Shown here: piece by piece, positions 1 through 13,439 of the stretch
Position numbering within the stretch: position 1 is the first letter of the stretch
Layout: every line of letters begins with the position of its first letter
Assembly: GCF_964204865.1 (NCBI RefSeq)
Contig: NC_135256.1
Coordinates: 2,170,001-2,234,000 of the forward strand
Reading direction: 5' to 3'
Length of the DNA: 64,000 nt
Origin: Styela clava
Lineage: Eukaryota
Translations under genes and position numbers: made by a program
Notes under the pieces: model-generated
The model's input: the letters and a program-made list of their open reading frames with translations, nothing else
What the model was told of the DNA's origin: nothing
The model's database searches: none

Positions 1-425
1 AATTCCTATGGTTGAAACAAACATAGACTGTTGTAATAGGTTGAAAAAACATGCTCGGAACAGGCCAACCCAACACGTTTTGGTTGATCCAACATGTTTC
101 CACGAATCGCCAATTCTCAACACGCGATTCATCCATTCTGCCTGCAGCAGCTCCCCCGGTCCCTATTCTTCTTAATCTTCCAGAACATCGTTTAATTCTG
201 ATGTTGATTATTTCAAAATCATTAGTAACAAAACGAGCCCCGAAATTGAAGCGGCCAGCTCAAGTGTGTGCTCCCCAGAAAGTAACCGGTCACTTGAAGA
301 TAATTTGATAAAAAGAAACATGCGCAGAATTTGATGAAATCAATTTTCACTTTTCTCAGGGGAGGGATCCTCGGATGTCTACAAAATGAAAGCTGAATGG
401 CCTCTCATTTCCACCAACATCGGCG
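1..425 (+). repeat. Dispersed repeat, copy 1 (copy 2 at about 50662..51125)
   Basis: aattcctatggttgaaac...gctgaatggcctctcatttccac aligns co-linearly with 50662-51125. Confidence 0.85.
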
Positions 426-2626
426 TCTTAATAAGTTTTAAAAACAAGGAAAAGCACACCTCCAGGACGCGGTAATTGCCTACAGAATGTAAAGACATTT
501 CAAATAGACAATGCGATGCAAACCTACCGAGGTAATAAGGTACCGAGTTCCTTATAGTATATTCAACTATTCTTCCACAGCAGATTATCGTTCAGTACAT
601 GCCGCTAGTACCATAACAGATCAATGCTACCAAAAACAAAACATAAAAACATCCTCCTTGCAGAACGTTTTCAACAACTGTTGGTTTAATTCCGCTTCAC
701 AGCTACTGATCGCTCATCAAGACCTAGTGAATAGGCTCACCAATAGAGCCCGACCCTCACGGCGGGGCAGTGGCTTGCAGGAGCAGTGGTGCGTTATCAA
801 CGAATCAACTTTGGTAATCTCCGCAATGTAGAGGTCGGATAAGATGACTCGTAAATGACAAGCACCAGAAGCCAGAAGAGAAAATGATTCTGCGGATGCT
901 GTTGCGTCGACTGCTATTCGCATATATTTCAATGAAACGAGCCAATGGGCCGCATGTTCAACGCACAATGCCAGTTATTAATGATTCATAGAAGTTTATT
1001 AAGTTACAAATGATATATTTGGCTTATTGATTTGGTATCAAAGTTGAATAAAGGAACAACTCTGTACCGAACTAACCTCAGCGCTCACGATCCCTACTGC
1101 GTAGTAGTAACCTACTGTTAACCTGAGACCGTTATTAAGAGAGGTTTATAGGACTAGTTGGCTTCAAATTTTTATTAATTGGACGAAATTTGACAAAAGG
1201 ACTAAGATATCACTCTCGTATCGCAGAAGCCTTCTATCTATAGTAAGATTCAAGTTTCTCAGTATCTCACCTGTTTTCTCTCATTGCAACTAGAAAATTT
1301 TTACTCACGAATATTATTTTATTGCAAACGAAATATTTACTCATATGAATCCATTTATGTTGTTTTCATAGCATATAATAATGATCGAACAGAAAGATAC
1401 AGCATTGTACAATACCTAACCTTCCTCTCTCTGTACACCTAAGTTTTTCAAAAATCAAAGATTTCGTCATTATTCTTTGCAGGTAAGCAATCAAAATACC
1501 AACAAATACTAGCGGATTGAGGACGGTATATGTTGACGGTTATCAGGGAAGAAATGCATCAGTGCAGCAGACAATGTCGAAGTGGAAGTGAAAAACAAGG
1601 AGAATTAACTGGAGCATGCTTTAATGTTGATAATGTTAACGAAGACGTAAAACAACAATCTTAAGAATTTGTTTGCCCGACTTTGGTAGCTAAGTGCAAA
1701 TTTCAAGCATGATATTATACAATATTAATTTCAAATGTTTGAACCAGAAAATTATCTATAACATATCAGAAAATTAGAAAACGTTACATTGTTTAACTCA
1801 ACGTAAACACAGAATCATACTCCTCACCAAAAAAAATACTTGGAATTAAATCAGAGAAGGAACCAACATTGTAGAAAGAGTCATATAGCCTAATGTTCTT
1901 CAGCCATAAATCCTTCAAGAAATGCTTGCTAGTCCAAACTTACGACAAAATGGATATGCCAGGAAAATGCTTAGAAACCATAGCTAGGATCAAAAACTGA
2001 ACGATAAACCGAAACCGCTATAGCGCATCACTATTCCCTATGTTAGAATTTTAAGACATGAGAATCAAAATTCGTTTCAATACATAATAGCATAATGCCT
2101 TTTTAGTCATCAAATCCTTCAAGAGATACTTGCTAGTCTTATATCACTACATGAATTTGGCAAACTTCTAATCATTCGTCAATTGAAAAAGCTACGAACA
2201 CTAGTCCGCTGTTCTAATGCTGCTGTGTATAAAGATGTCTATTAGTGTCTACTTAAACGCAACTTATTACTGCGTCAGTGGAGCTGGCAAATAGTTTAAG
2301 TAATAACTGAATTTCCTGTTGTTAGGGTTGCAGCTATGACTGGTCGTACACAAGCGACCATCACAAAGTGCGCGACAAATATTCTTATTCAAAAAGCGAC
2401 TTAACAAACCAACGTTGTCAACAAGAGAGAAATATTATTTTGCATTTAACCCAAACTTCTTCCAGGTTCGCCAAAAAGATAAAATGGTCAGTATTTGATG
2501 TAGAAATTAAGACAAATAATCCTTTGGGGAGGTTTATACAGATGTTTCAATATCATAGCGCAAAAACTTTTGCACTTTTGCAAAATGTACGAGTGTGTGG
2601 TAAGCGTCAAAACAGAGATGTTGTGT

Positions 2627-3547
2627 TGGAATTTGACATCATAACTCAACAATAACACGAAGACATTTTAAAATAAGGATAAAAAAAATAGTTCTAATTA
2701 TCTTACACGCCACGAGCAAAGTGGTCAGAGCGAGTATCTTTTTTTCGCTTCCAGGTGCCAAGATAGAATACAAAGATGACTAAGTTATGTCATGTAAACA
2801 GAAAACAGAACAAATCAAAATAATAGAGAATAATTCTGCATTGATTTATTCATGCAATGATTATGCTCAATAGTTAAACGCAGCGACTTAAATGGTCCTT
2901 ATCTTAAATGGTGTTATCTACTTGTGGCCTCACCGTGAGGTATTTTACAACCAATGGTTAGATCAAAAAAGGTTAAAAGCGAGTTGTCCCCTTTCCATTT
3001 GAGCACTAATACGAGTCATCTACCGTAAGTCAAATATCTAAAACCGGTACACAGCATCATACCAGGTAATTAACGACCCGAAAGGCATCGTTGCCATTGT
3101 GCGCGTGAGACAAACGTGTTCGGATGTTAACATTTAAGCTTGAATATATTGAAATAAAATAATACTAAACACTAAATCTCATTCTAATAATGAAATGTTT
3201 ACCTTATCTCATTTGTCACTCTCCTCTCTGCATCTGGAGGAAGTCGTGTTTCTATAATTCTTTTTGCTCCGAATCTGCATCACCAGTAGGCTATCTCTTG
3301 TCAGCTTCAAGCTCCTAGGATGAAAAATATGAGCGGATATGTTGAACTGGAATTTGACATCATAACTCAAAAATAACATCAATACATTTTAAAATAAAAA
3401 GCATAAATTAATCCGCCTAATTACCTGACATGTTACGAGCAAAGTGATCATATCGAATATTCTTTTTCGCCTTCCAGCTCCCAGGATAGAAAACAAGGAC
3501 GATTAAGCTATGTCAGAAAAACAGAACAAATCAAAGTAACAGAAAAT
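2627..3547 (+). repeat. About 200-bp direct repeat pair (2627..2830 and 3348..3547)
   Basis: Both copies run tggaatttgacatcataactcaa...aaacagaacaaatcaaa. Confidence 0.8.
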
Positions 3548-5560
3548 ACAAGTATAGTATAATAGCTTAATTACCCGAACATGTCCCATACAAATGCCAC
3601 ACGAAAGTTGTAGATACGAAACATGAAACAGACTGAAATGGACGTCTGCCGGCACGGTCGCAACCGAAGAGACGGAACACGTGTACCGATGGAATTATGG
3701 GTAATTGTGGTCGCCGGAGTCAACGAGGATGGCTGCTTGATTTCGATCGCATATAATAAATCATTCCACTATCTGATTGGGGGGCATTTTTATCAATCGG
3801 CGTCACTGCGCAAACTGAAACATAGTGAGGGTACTTGATAGCATGTCTGTTTAAAAAATAGGGTCTAAAATCTACGTTCACCGTCAACCCATCATCGTGT
3901 AGGCCAGGAAAGGCTAACCACCAACCACGTTTTTTGCTGACCCGGCAAGCCACAAAATGAATGTCGCAAAAACATACTGACATTTCAGTTATACTGTAAT
4001 AATGCCGGCTTTAATTCAATCCAACAATGAACTACTATACTATGGTAGACTATGTATGTAGCCTTAGCAACAACGCTGCGACGAGGTTATGACATAACAA
4101 TATAATTGGTTCGTTCATTCTCGACACCCGATATAACAAAGGGCATTGTCATTAGATGTTAACCGTCAGAGTACAGGCAGTGGATTAATATAAAAGTTTT
4201 TATTATACCAATTTCACGAATATGGCAACCCGATTCAGTTTTTCTACATTTTTGCAAAAGAGTTGGAGTGTAGATCGCGAAGGTGTATTACTTGTCGCTC
4301 GAACTGGTTTGTTTTTGTAGAGCCTAGCATTCGAAAAACTGCTAACGATCCGATTATGACTGAAGAGCTGGGAAATAAAAATTTATGAGATAACCTGCTG
4401 AGACATTTTAAAAATTCAAATAATATTTTTGATATAGGCTAATTACCTGCAATAACAATTGATATGTTTGGTTGATTTGAACTGATTACAAATGTGAATA
4501 CCTGAATAATTCAGTATATTTAAAGGTTCTAAATGTGAACGGACTATACGCAACATTTACGCCTTCTTATTAATGGTGGTCTGTTTGCATAAGGTTTTAT
4601 TGATTTGCTCGGCTGCAAATTCAACCGAAAACCCTCGCAATAAAACGCACGACTGGCGTGTTTACAGGATTCCAAACTGGTCAATTGATTGTTAAAGAAA
4701 CAACTGGGCAGTGTATCGCGGGCTCAGCTCTGACTTGAAGTAAAGTTATGGGCGACGACTGGAGGGCTAACAGATACTGAGACAATTCAGGTCATTATAA
4801 TTCTGAAAGTTTGAAGTGTTGCCTCAAAATGTTTGCTTACTATTTTGAATAGATTTCTGAATTTTTATGATAAATTAATTCCCTTAACTCGAAATGCGGG
4901 GTTCCCACTTTTAAACAATGATATGAAATAGTGGTTGCTTTCCTTCTACGATATTGGATTTTGATTGAAAACTCGAAATCTTTTTTAATTAAAGTAAACG
5001 ACAGAATTACTATTTCTTGTATTCAATCTTGTGTTTGGAAGACTGTGTCTGTTTTGATATTTGCGTGGCACAATCTGGATGTTTTTTACACATCCACCAA
5101 CCTGCGAATCGCCATTCCAGTAATGATAGAGTACTAATACCCAAAACCTTACCCGTGATCATCACGACTGGTAGGATCTGTCGGTGTTTTAAAAATGAAA
5201 TAAATATTTGCAAATTCGGTTCGTATTTTTTGAGGCGCAGGCGGATTATTTTAAAGGCATGGTTAGGACTTCGAATACTGAGAGATTATCAAACATTTTG
5301 GTCGCCTCTGATGTCGAAATCGCTAAAACCAGTAAAATAGACTCATTTGAAAATTCCTCTAAACACGACTAGACAATTTGGAAATGAAATCTTAATTCAA
5401 AAGGTTGATCGAACAATAACTCTGAAACACCATTTAAGTCAATCATTTTTCGAAACCCAACTCTTTTCTAGTCCAGCAGTACATTGTGTTGTTTGAATTT
5501 AAGTAAATCATTTTTCGAAACCCAACTCTTTTATAGAATTTCGATTTCAATAAATGACCA

Positions 5561-5970
5561 AGCAATACACTGTGTTGTTTGAATTCTTATTTTATAACTA
5601 GCTCAGTAATCTAATACATGGATTGACTCAATTTCCTGTCCCATACATTCCCATCTATAGCTTCGACGCGTTTGAGCGAAACCTGAAACATAAGGAAACG
5701 CGGCGCAGTTTACGTTAAAGTTCTGTATGTATATCGATCAGTAGTTTAGCATACAGTAAGTAATGCAGTAGCATAAAATAATTTAGTTTTTTATACATTT
5801 GTGAGTGTTTGAATATCTACGTCAGGCAGGCTATGATAGATTTGTTAACAGAGGCTTTGGTAATAATGTATATTGTCAAAAGCTTAACCAACAAAATGAG
5901 TGAAGAGAGTTTAAACCAGAACTATGCAAAGTAAAAAAACCAAATATATTTTCAGCATGAGGTGGATATA
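5561..5970 (+). repeat. Local duplicated non-coding block; homologs at 12417..12650 and 14990..15220
   Basis: About 160 bp near-identical to 12417-12575; the remainder aligns more weakly to 14990-15220. Confidence 0.8.
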
Positions 5971-6388
5971 TATGGACGTTTTGACTGATTGTGTTATCGC
6001 GTATTATTTGAGATGCATCCAATCTCACTTTTAATTACGATATGAATCGCCCGAAAGTTTGTAAACTCTGGCAGAGGTCAAGACCTGATATATCTCCGTT
6101 TTAAAAGATTGACGGAGGTGTCATCCCAGATATTTAGCGCTTCAATTTTGTTGTCACTTTCAATAATACTAAAATCAAAAAATTGGTGGCATTTCGTGGG
6201 TGTAAATACTAAAACTATCTCAAATTCTAAGAATTCATAAAAATGCCGTATTATATATATACACTAAGTATACTTCAAAAAATTATACCAAACTTTGGTA
6301 TACTGAATGTGCTACATTTTGTCGCTTCTTAGGAGAATAGCGCTCATTTTGTCAGACATAGGGAACACACATATGTATAATAGGCTTA

Positions 6389-6782
6389 TTACTTATCGAT
6401 CTTAAGATCGGTAAGTATGTTGATAGGTATTTGTCTGTATGTATGTCTGTCTGTGTGTCTGTCTGTTAGATGCACGCGATATCTCACGAAAGCGAGATTG
6501 AATCTGCTCCAGATTTTGCATGTGCATTCATCTTATCTCGAACCAGAAGCCTATTGATTTTGGGCGAATTATGTCGTATAATTAGCGAGTTATCAATCTA
6601 TTATTGATATAGTGATCTAGATTTTTGTAAAGCGAGAGAATTTTGAAACCCGCCGAGTGTGTGTGTGCGATGCGCAGTGCGCAAGTTACAAGAGCGGATG
6701 AATCGAAACTGCAGTTTCTGTTTTGGGGGATCCCCTAACTATCGATCGATAAGTCTTCGGTTTCCAACCGATATTCTCGTTT
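6389..6782 (+). mobile_element. Helentron-associated (HINE/DINE-1-like) non-autonomous element, family 1
   Basis: 5' hairpin tacttatcgatcttaagatcggtaagta, (GTCT)n microsatellite, 3' subTIR atcgataagt, 3' stem-loop cggtttccaaccg; four copies in the window. Confidence 0.75.
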
Positions 6783-6815
6783 GAGTGTTGATGTATACGT
6801 TGTGCTATGTTATTC

Positions 6816-7512
6816 CATTGGTTCTTAACCTTTTACTGGCTGCGTACCACTTTAGTGTTTTTAGTCTCGCTGTATACCAGCGACAATGCCATATGAAGTG
6901 CGCTATGGAAGTATTTTATAATACAGTATGGCTCTACATCCATTTTTAGACCTTCGGCTGCAAGATCGCAAGAGAACTTGGGTCATTTGCCGTCAAAGCT
7001 GTGGGGCTATAATCATCGCTATCGTTCAATTATCGCAAAACTCGAACGAATACACTTTGATCGCAAACGGCTTACCCTAGTCTCCAGATTAATTAGCTTT
7101 AAAACTTAAGATTATGTCGACCAATCAACACATACACAAGGTGACAATAGTAACATTCGTATGATGTACCAAGGTACCATTAGGATATCTCGACCCGTGT
7201 GGGCCACCCCCGCTGAACGCTCTCTTCGTTCCCGCTTTCTCAATGCAGATGCATTGTGTATTTAATCCGTAAAACCCGCCTCGTTTTGTTTTAGGTGGGA
7301 AGTAGCGAGGGCGATCTCTAATGACATGGAATGGTAGTGCTTTATACCCGTTCAGCAAATACATGCAGTATGAAAGATAAAGAGAATGGGCTAGCCTAGC
7401 ACTACATATTTTAGCCCCCTTAAATGTTAATTGTTGTTAATAATTCAATGCTGCTCGCGCACCACTTGAAAGGATGCCGCGTACCACTTGTACTGCAGGT
7501 TGAGAAAACCGA
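6816..7512. mobile_element. Degenerate hAT-type MITE
   Basis: Ends cattggttcttaacc...ggttgagaaaacc with subterminal gcgtaccact repeats. Confidence 0.5.
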
Positions 7513-8616
7513 TCTATTCTCTAAACGTAGCAATATGTGTCGCAATATTTTTGCATGTAGGACTAGGGGTATCAATCGTCCCGGAATGGCCGGGACGTCC
7601 TGGAATTGACATCTGGTGTAATAAGACATAATAATAACAATTGCAATTACGTCTTTAAATATTACAATTACTCCGTGCAAAAAATACCAAATTACAATTA
7701 AATTTAAAATTACAATAGAGCAATGCTCAAATTTATGGACACGTTACATAGAGAGAAGCGGTCCTTGCTCTTGACGTTGGGCTACCCTAAAAAAACCGAG
7801 TTTCGCGTAGCAAGAATTTACAAAATAAAACCAGACAGCTATTGTTCCCATGGATTTAGCCTATTTTATAAAAGCTATTTCTGAACAAATTTTTGATTAC
7901 TACTATTAATTAAACTACAACTCCTAAGAGGGCAATATGATGATTCACTTTTTTGATTCAAAATTAAATTCCGAAACACAACTGAAAACTGACGAATAGC
8001 ATTCGAAATCGCAAAATGAGGTATTGTTTACAACCACGACTGAAAATCCTAACGGATGCGAAACAGATTGTTACGTCACTTTTTCGCATTTTGTTGATTG
8101 GCTAAAGTTACGAAATGAAAAAGTAAGGCGATTCTCGGAAAACGCCCCTTGGAAAAATATTTCGCCCTTTTTCGTGTTATTGCGGGCCAAATGAAAGGAC
8201 GCCGTAGATTGGTGACCCCTGGTGTAATCGAAAGTGTAATTGAGCCAAAATTTTAGCAAATTACAATTACATTACAGTTACATGAAAAACTGTAATTAAT
8301 TACATCAATTACAAATTACAATTGATCCAACTCTGAGGCTATGTAAACTTGTTGGCTTTGTTTGAAACTGCAAAGGGATGTAATTCTTCACGCGAACATC
8401 TGTATGGGTCATTTAAATAGAAGTGAGTGTCTTCCTAGTGAGATAACAATCAAATAAGTTGAACAATTGCTAAATGGATGATAAAATTACTGTACAATGT
8501 ACATATTTTTGTCACCTTAATTTGAGAGGATCATTCAACTTGGTACAACAATTGAAAAAACGCAGGTAGTTTTAAAACGGTTCTGTAGATAAGTGGAGGT
8601 GAACATAGGATTAGAT

Positions 8617-9343
8617 CTGTGGTCCCCAGACGGTGAGACCCGGCCCACAAGGAAGGCGTAGGCCATTTTTGAGCGGGCGTGAATTTAATTAAAAATAAAA
8701 ATATTTGTTAAATTTGATCTTGCCCGCCTTATTTTGGATATTAACATTTCTTATTTTGTCATTTAAATCTATTTACGTTCCGATCATGCATTTTCAACTT
8801 GTTGGACACGTAGTGGACATAACGATCGTTTCAATATTATGTTGATCTTGTTGTTGTTGTTTTTTGACACTTTTTGGACATCTAGTGGAAAATCTAAAAA
8901 AACGCTTCTCTCTTTCATTACTGGACCGATTGCTTCGAAATTTTTACTGGTTAAAGATGAAATTTTTCTCCAGAGGGCTATTACTTTTATTTATGAGATT
9001 TTTTTTGTTTGCTATGACGTCACCGAACATTCTGCGGACGCATAGCCGACACTCCTCTTCTTTTTGATCACGTGTCATCGAACGTTGATGGTTCGTAACG
9101 AAGTCCTTACGGTACTTTGCTACGATTTTTTCCTTACGCTGATCGACGGTACGGTAAACCGTACTGTACTGCGAACAGACGTGTCTAAATATTTGGGCGT
9201 AGCTCTCTTGTTGTATAAATCATACTTTCGCCTCACTATTTGATATTTGTAGCTTATTGCTAGGCTAGTTGTTTTTGAGGTGGGGCGCTAGACTTGATAA
9301 ATTCTAAAAAGGGGGCGCGGCTTAAAAAGCTTGAGAGCCACAG
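8617..9343. mobile_element. hAT MITE containing a nested HINE family 2 copy
   Basis: Ends CTGTGG...CCACAG; flanks gattagat/gactagat match 7 of 8. Confidence 0.65.
8801..9212 (+). mobile_element. Helentron/HINE-like element, family 2
   Basis: ttggacacgt...acgtgtct subTIRs and 3' gggcgtagctc hairpin; homologs at 35409..35835 (-), 39891..40090 and from 58780. Confidence 0.6.
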
Positions 9344-9604
9344 GACTAGATTGATTAGTTTGTACTTATGCCTCAAACATTCAACATTTTACAAGTTTTT
9401 TGGTTATGATAAAATTATTTAGAGGCTTGAATGTGTGAAAGTAACGCTGCACGGCCATCACTCTTTTCGACTCTAAGCGCACAATGTTGCTTTTGATATG
9501 TCTTTCGTATTTCACAGGCATTTGTTGCATCAATTTTTCAATTTTATACATTAAGGTGTCCCGGAATGCACAAAGTTGGCAACCCTATGTACGACTCATC
9601 AATA

Positions 9605-9797
9605 TCAAATGTACATTTGAACCACGTACATTTGAACCTATGTGTATATCCGCAGGTTCAATCTATATGCGGGTTTTAAAACCCATGAGTTAGGGTTAGT
9701 TAGTTTAGTGGGTTCAAATATCCGTAGAACAAAAAAATTTCCATAGATGCAAAAGTATGCAGGTGCAATTGTCGTGGGTTCAAATGTGATGGAACCA
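9605..9797 (+). repeat. Short interspersed element with internal TTAGGG; inverted copy at 60236..60422
   Basis: Reverse complement aligns over about 180 bp with 60236-60422. Confidence 0.75.
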
Positions 9798-10987
9798 TAA
9801 TTTGTAAATGTTAGAATTAAAGCGTAAAGTTAGTTCGACTAGTCCCCAATTGTTTTCGATCAAGCCTCATTCCTTTTACCTTGAAGTTGGGCATTCCAAG
9901 TTTTATTTACATACTGTTCAGTTGTCAGCTGCCCTATTTTCCAATACAAAATTATTCATACTTTGGTTACAAAAATAAGGAACAGAAGCAGAACATTCAT
10001 CAAGTTATATGCCAAATAATGACTGTAGACAATATTAGGTACAGGTGACTAAATGAACGGATGCAAACTATTTTTTTATCAGATCGAGATAGCAACAATT
10101 GTAGAACTGTATGAATATTGACAAAGACCACAAGACATTCCCATGCTGTCAACTCCATATTTGAGTTTAAGTTTCCTAATAAAGAAACGTGCACAATATT
10201 CATTGTAGTGCGTTGGTATTTTAACAAATACTACTAACAAATACACTGTCCATGCATCTGAGCCAGAGATATCTATTCGAAAAAGCTCTTGTCAGCAAAG
10301 ATTCAGCTGGAATGAATAGTACAGTAGGTGTGTTGAAGATTTTATCTCGACAGAATCTTATCTAGACTGAATATTACCTGGTTATCAGCTATTGAATGTA
10401 ACACTCATGGCAACACGTAGAATATTATATCCATTACCTCAAACTGCGAAACTCCATACCAACAGCGGAAATTATTCCAGCTGAGAGCAGTGTCAGCTGT
10501 AGCAACGTTCATTCACTAAGTTTTAAGTAGTGTTTATTGCCCAAGAATTTTTTACTGTGTAAATTGTTTTACAAGGATTCAGCAATAATTCCAAAACTAT
10601 ATCAACTAGAAAAATTTGTTTTGCACACATCCTTCTTTGTCGATACCTCACTGAACCTATGAACTATTTGCAACCCCAATTTATTATCTCTCGAACCTCA
10701 TTTGGGGTCGCGCAAGTCCTTCCCTAAAACAAGACACTCTGCCAATGCGCTGTACCTGTGCCTCAAGTATTGTGATATATTTTAGCATTGAACAGAAGAA
10801 GCTACTTAAGTATATAATGTATTTAGGGGTGCCGTCTGTATCATTTCATTCTCTCCTGTTCACTAGATTTACTCGTTTCCTGCTAATACAGCGAGTAGCC
10901 ATCGTCTGAAGACATGCCGAAATGGTATTTCAACCACTTGCAGCTTCCACAGGCCACAGCGCGTTGACAGAATGACATGGCCTAATA

Positions 10988-12285
10988 CAGGGGCGTGTAT
11001 GGTGGCCCATCGTTGTCACGTGTAAAATTTAAAAAAAAAGGAAAAAATAAAATGAAAAAGCGAAAAGAAAAAAATAGTTGTGAAAAAACATAAAAATAAT
11101 TGAAAAAAAAAAAATAAAAAGGTTGACAACGATGGTCCGCCTCGTGGCCCATCGTTGTCACGCGTTTTTATTTTTAGAAAATTTGATGCTGCTCGGGACC
11201 AACGTTGTCAGGCTTGATCCTACACGCACAAATGTGTTTCCTGGGTTTCTAACTCACTACTGATTTTCATGAGCAATATCCAATAAATTCAAAACGAAAA
11301 TGTTCTATAAATTCTCCATGCTACAAATTCAACCACAAGCAATATATTTATAATAATGATAAGAGAATATAGAATTGAATACGAAAATTTGTTTTTACGT
11401 GTAGAAGGTAATTGAATTGGAAAATGCTGCTTAACTGCTCAGTTGCCTGGACACTCGTGCGATGACCGTAAGGTACCGTCTGACCGTACCGTTACCCATG
11501 CAATCACTCATGAAAGAATGGGAGATACGGATAGTCTCGTAGAATATAGACTACTGAAACACTCTCTGCGCCTGCCCCATACCGTACGCGAGTGTTCAGA
11601 CCACTTAGTAGTTAAGCAGCATTCTCCAATTAAATTACCTTCTACACGTAAAAACAAATTTTCCGAATTTTCGTATTCAATTCTATATTCTCTTATCATT
11701 ATTATAAATATATTACTTCTTGTTGAACTTGTAGCATAGAGAATTTATAGAACATTTTCATATTGAATATTGCTCAAGAAAATCAGTAGTGAGTTGAAAA
11801 CCCAGGGAACACATTCGTGCGCGTAGGATTATACCTGACAGCGTTGGTCCCAAGCAGAAGCAAATTTTTTAAAAATTAAAACGCGTTGTCAACCTTTTTA
11901 TTTTCTTTTTATTCAATTTTATTTATTTATTTTTTTCGTTTTCATTTTTAATTTTTTTTTTTAATTTTTTTTTTATTATTTTTATGTTTTTTCACAACTA
12001 TTTTTTTATTTTCGGTTTTTTATTTTATTTTTCATTTTTATTTTCAATTTTACGCGTGACAACGATGGGCCACCATAGGCGTGCAACGTTTATTACACAG
12101 GAGGGCCAGCTACAAGTAACTAGGTGAAGCCGCGGGCCGCATCTTCATTTAATATAGCCTTTCTAGTAGTCGTAGGTAGAAAAAATTGTTTCTTTTCGTT
12201 ATTGATCTTACACCATTGTTAGGGTCCTTGCAGAAATGGTGAGTTTAGACGCATAAATTTCTAAAGAAACTTGCTATTCAAATTC
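10988..12285 (+). mobile_element. hAT MITE (same family as 39366..39815) split by the foldback element
   Basis: CAGGGGCGTG|CAAC TIR is restored when the insertion is removed; 12084-12285 aligns with 39377-39575. Confidence 0.7.
10998..12077. mobile_element. Non-autonomous foldback element, IS3EU-like (TATGG termini, 6-bp TSD GGCGTG)
   Basis: About 440-bp inverted arms around a spacer of about 170 bp; GGCGTG at 10992-10997 and 12078-12083. Confidence 0.8.
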
Positions 12286-12954
12286 AAGGTCGACGAGTTG
12301 TACAAAAGATTTCTAAATTACTTCAAGTTTCGTGTTTGAATTCATTGGCATTAAATTTTCACAGAAAAATTTGATCATTGGTTTTGACGCGTAAAAATTA
12401 CTCAAAGGCTATTGCTGCAATACATTGTGTTGTAGGAATTCCCATTTTATGACTAGCTCAGTAATCCAATACACGGATTGACTCAATTTCCTGTCCCATA
12501 TATTCCCATCTAAAGCTTCGACGCGTTTGAGCGCAACCTGAAACAAAAGGAAACGCGGCGCAGTTTACGTTCAATCTATGTGTGTATTAGCGGCTAATTA
12601 TTTCAAGCATACAGCAATTTATTTAGTTTACTATATATTTGCGAGTGAGAACACGAAACGAGTAAATTATCTAGAGTAAAATTTTAAATCTGTTTTCCGC
12701 ATTAGATGGAGTTGTACGTTTGCATATTATTCATGAAATGACTCTTTTTGAACCTTGAAACAGGTTGCCACGTTTTTTTAATCATAATTTTAACTGAATT
12801 TATATATTCTAGCCAATATATATATACATATCAATATCGAACGATTCGGCATCCCTGAGTGTTTGCGATTTAAATCCGTTTGCCATATTTATTCTAACCA
12901 AGGCGGCAATGCAGTGTTGATGAAAATATTAAATTATCATACACCAAGTCTAAT

Positions 12955-13439
12955 TAGGGTTACCATATTTTTGTGACATCAAAGCGGGACGCCTCCAAAG
13001 ACGAAAGTCTAACTAATTTAGCGAGTTTACAGTAGGAACTTACATTTAACCACCCCGGCTGTCTTCATTGGCCATATTGTCGTCGAGAGTTCATGAGCTG
13101 TCTGTCTAATTATCGGTTTTAGTTTGAAAATAGAAAAAAAATTTACGTTAAGGTTAAGCACCCCTTTTGGCGTACGGGGCTTGTACGCAACAAATTGTAA
13201 AAACAATCGACTAACAATGTTAGCGTAAAACAACGAAACATAAAAATACACGCATTCACCTTCAGTAAGTAGGCTACACAGCAACAACGGTATCGAGAAT
13301 ATGCCAATTGGTAATGTTCGTGTACTATGTTGACTGGCTGAACGCCAAAGCGGGACATTTAGTTGACCGGGCGGGAAGCCGGGACAAGACGTTGGAATGC
13401 GGGACTGTCCCGTCTAAAGCGGGACGTATGGTAAGCCTA
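12955..13439. mobile_element. hAT (Blackjack-like) MITE
   Basis: TIRs TAGGGTTACCATA / TATGGTAAGCCTA, subterminal gcgggac repeats, flanks agtctaat/agtataat (7 of 8). Confidence 0.8.

Noticed and set aside
1690-2140. LINE 3' remnant
   Set aside because: Similarity is too faint to support by eye; only a short local duplication is evident.
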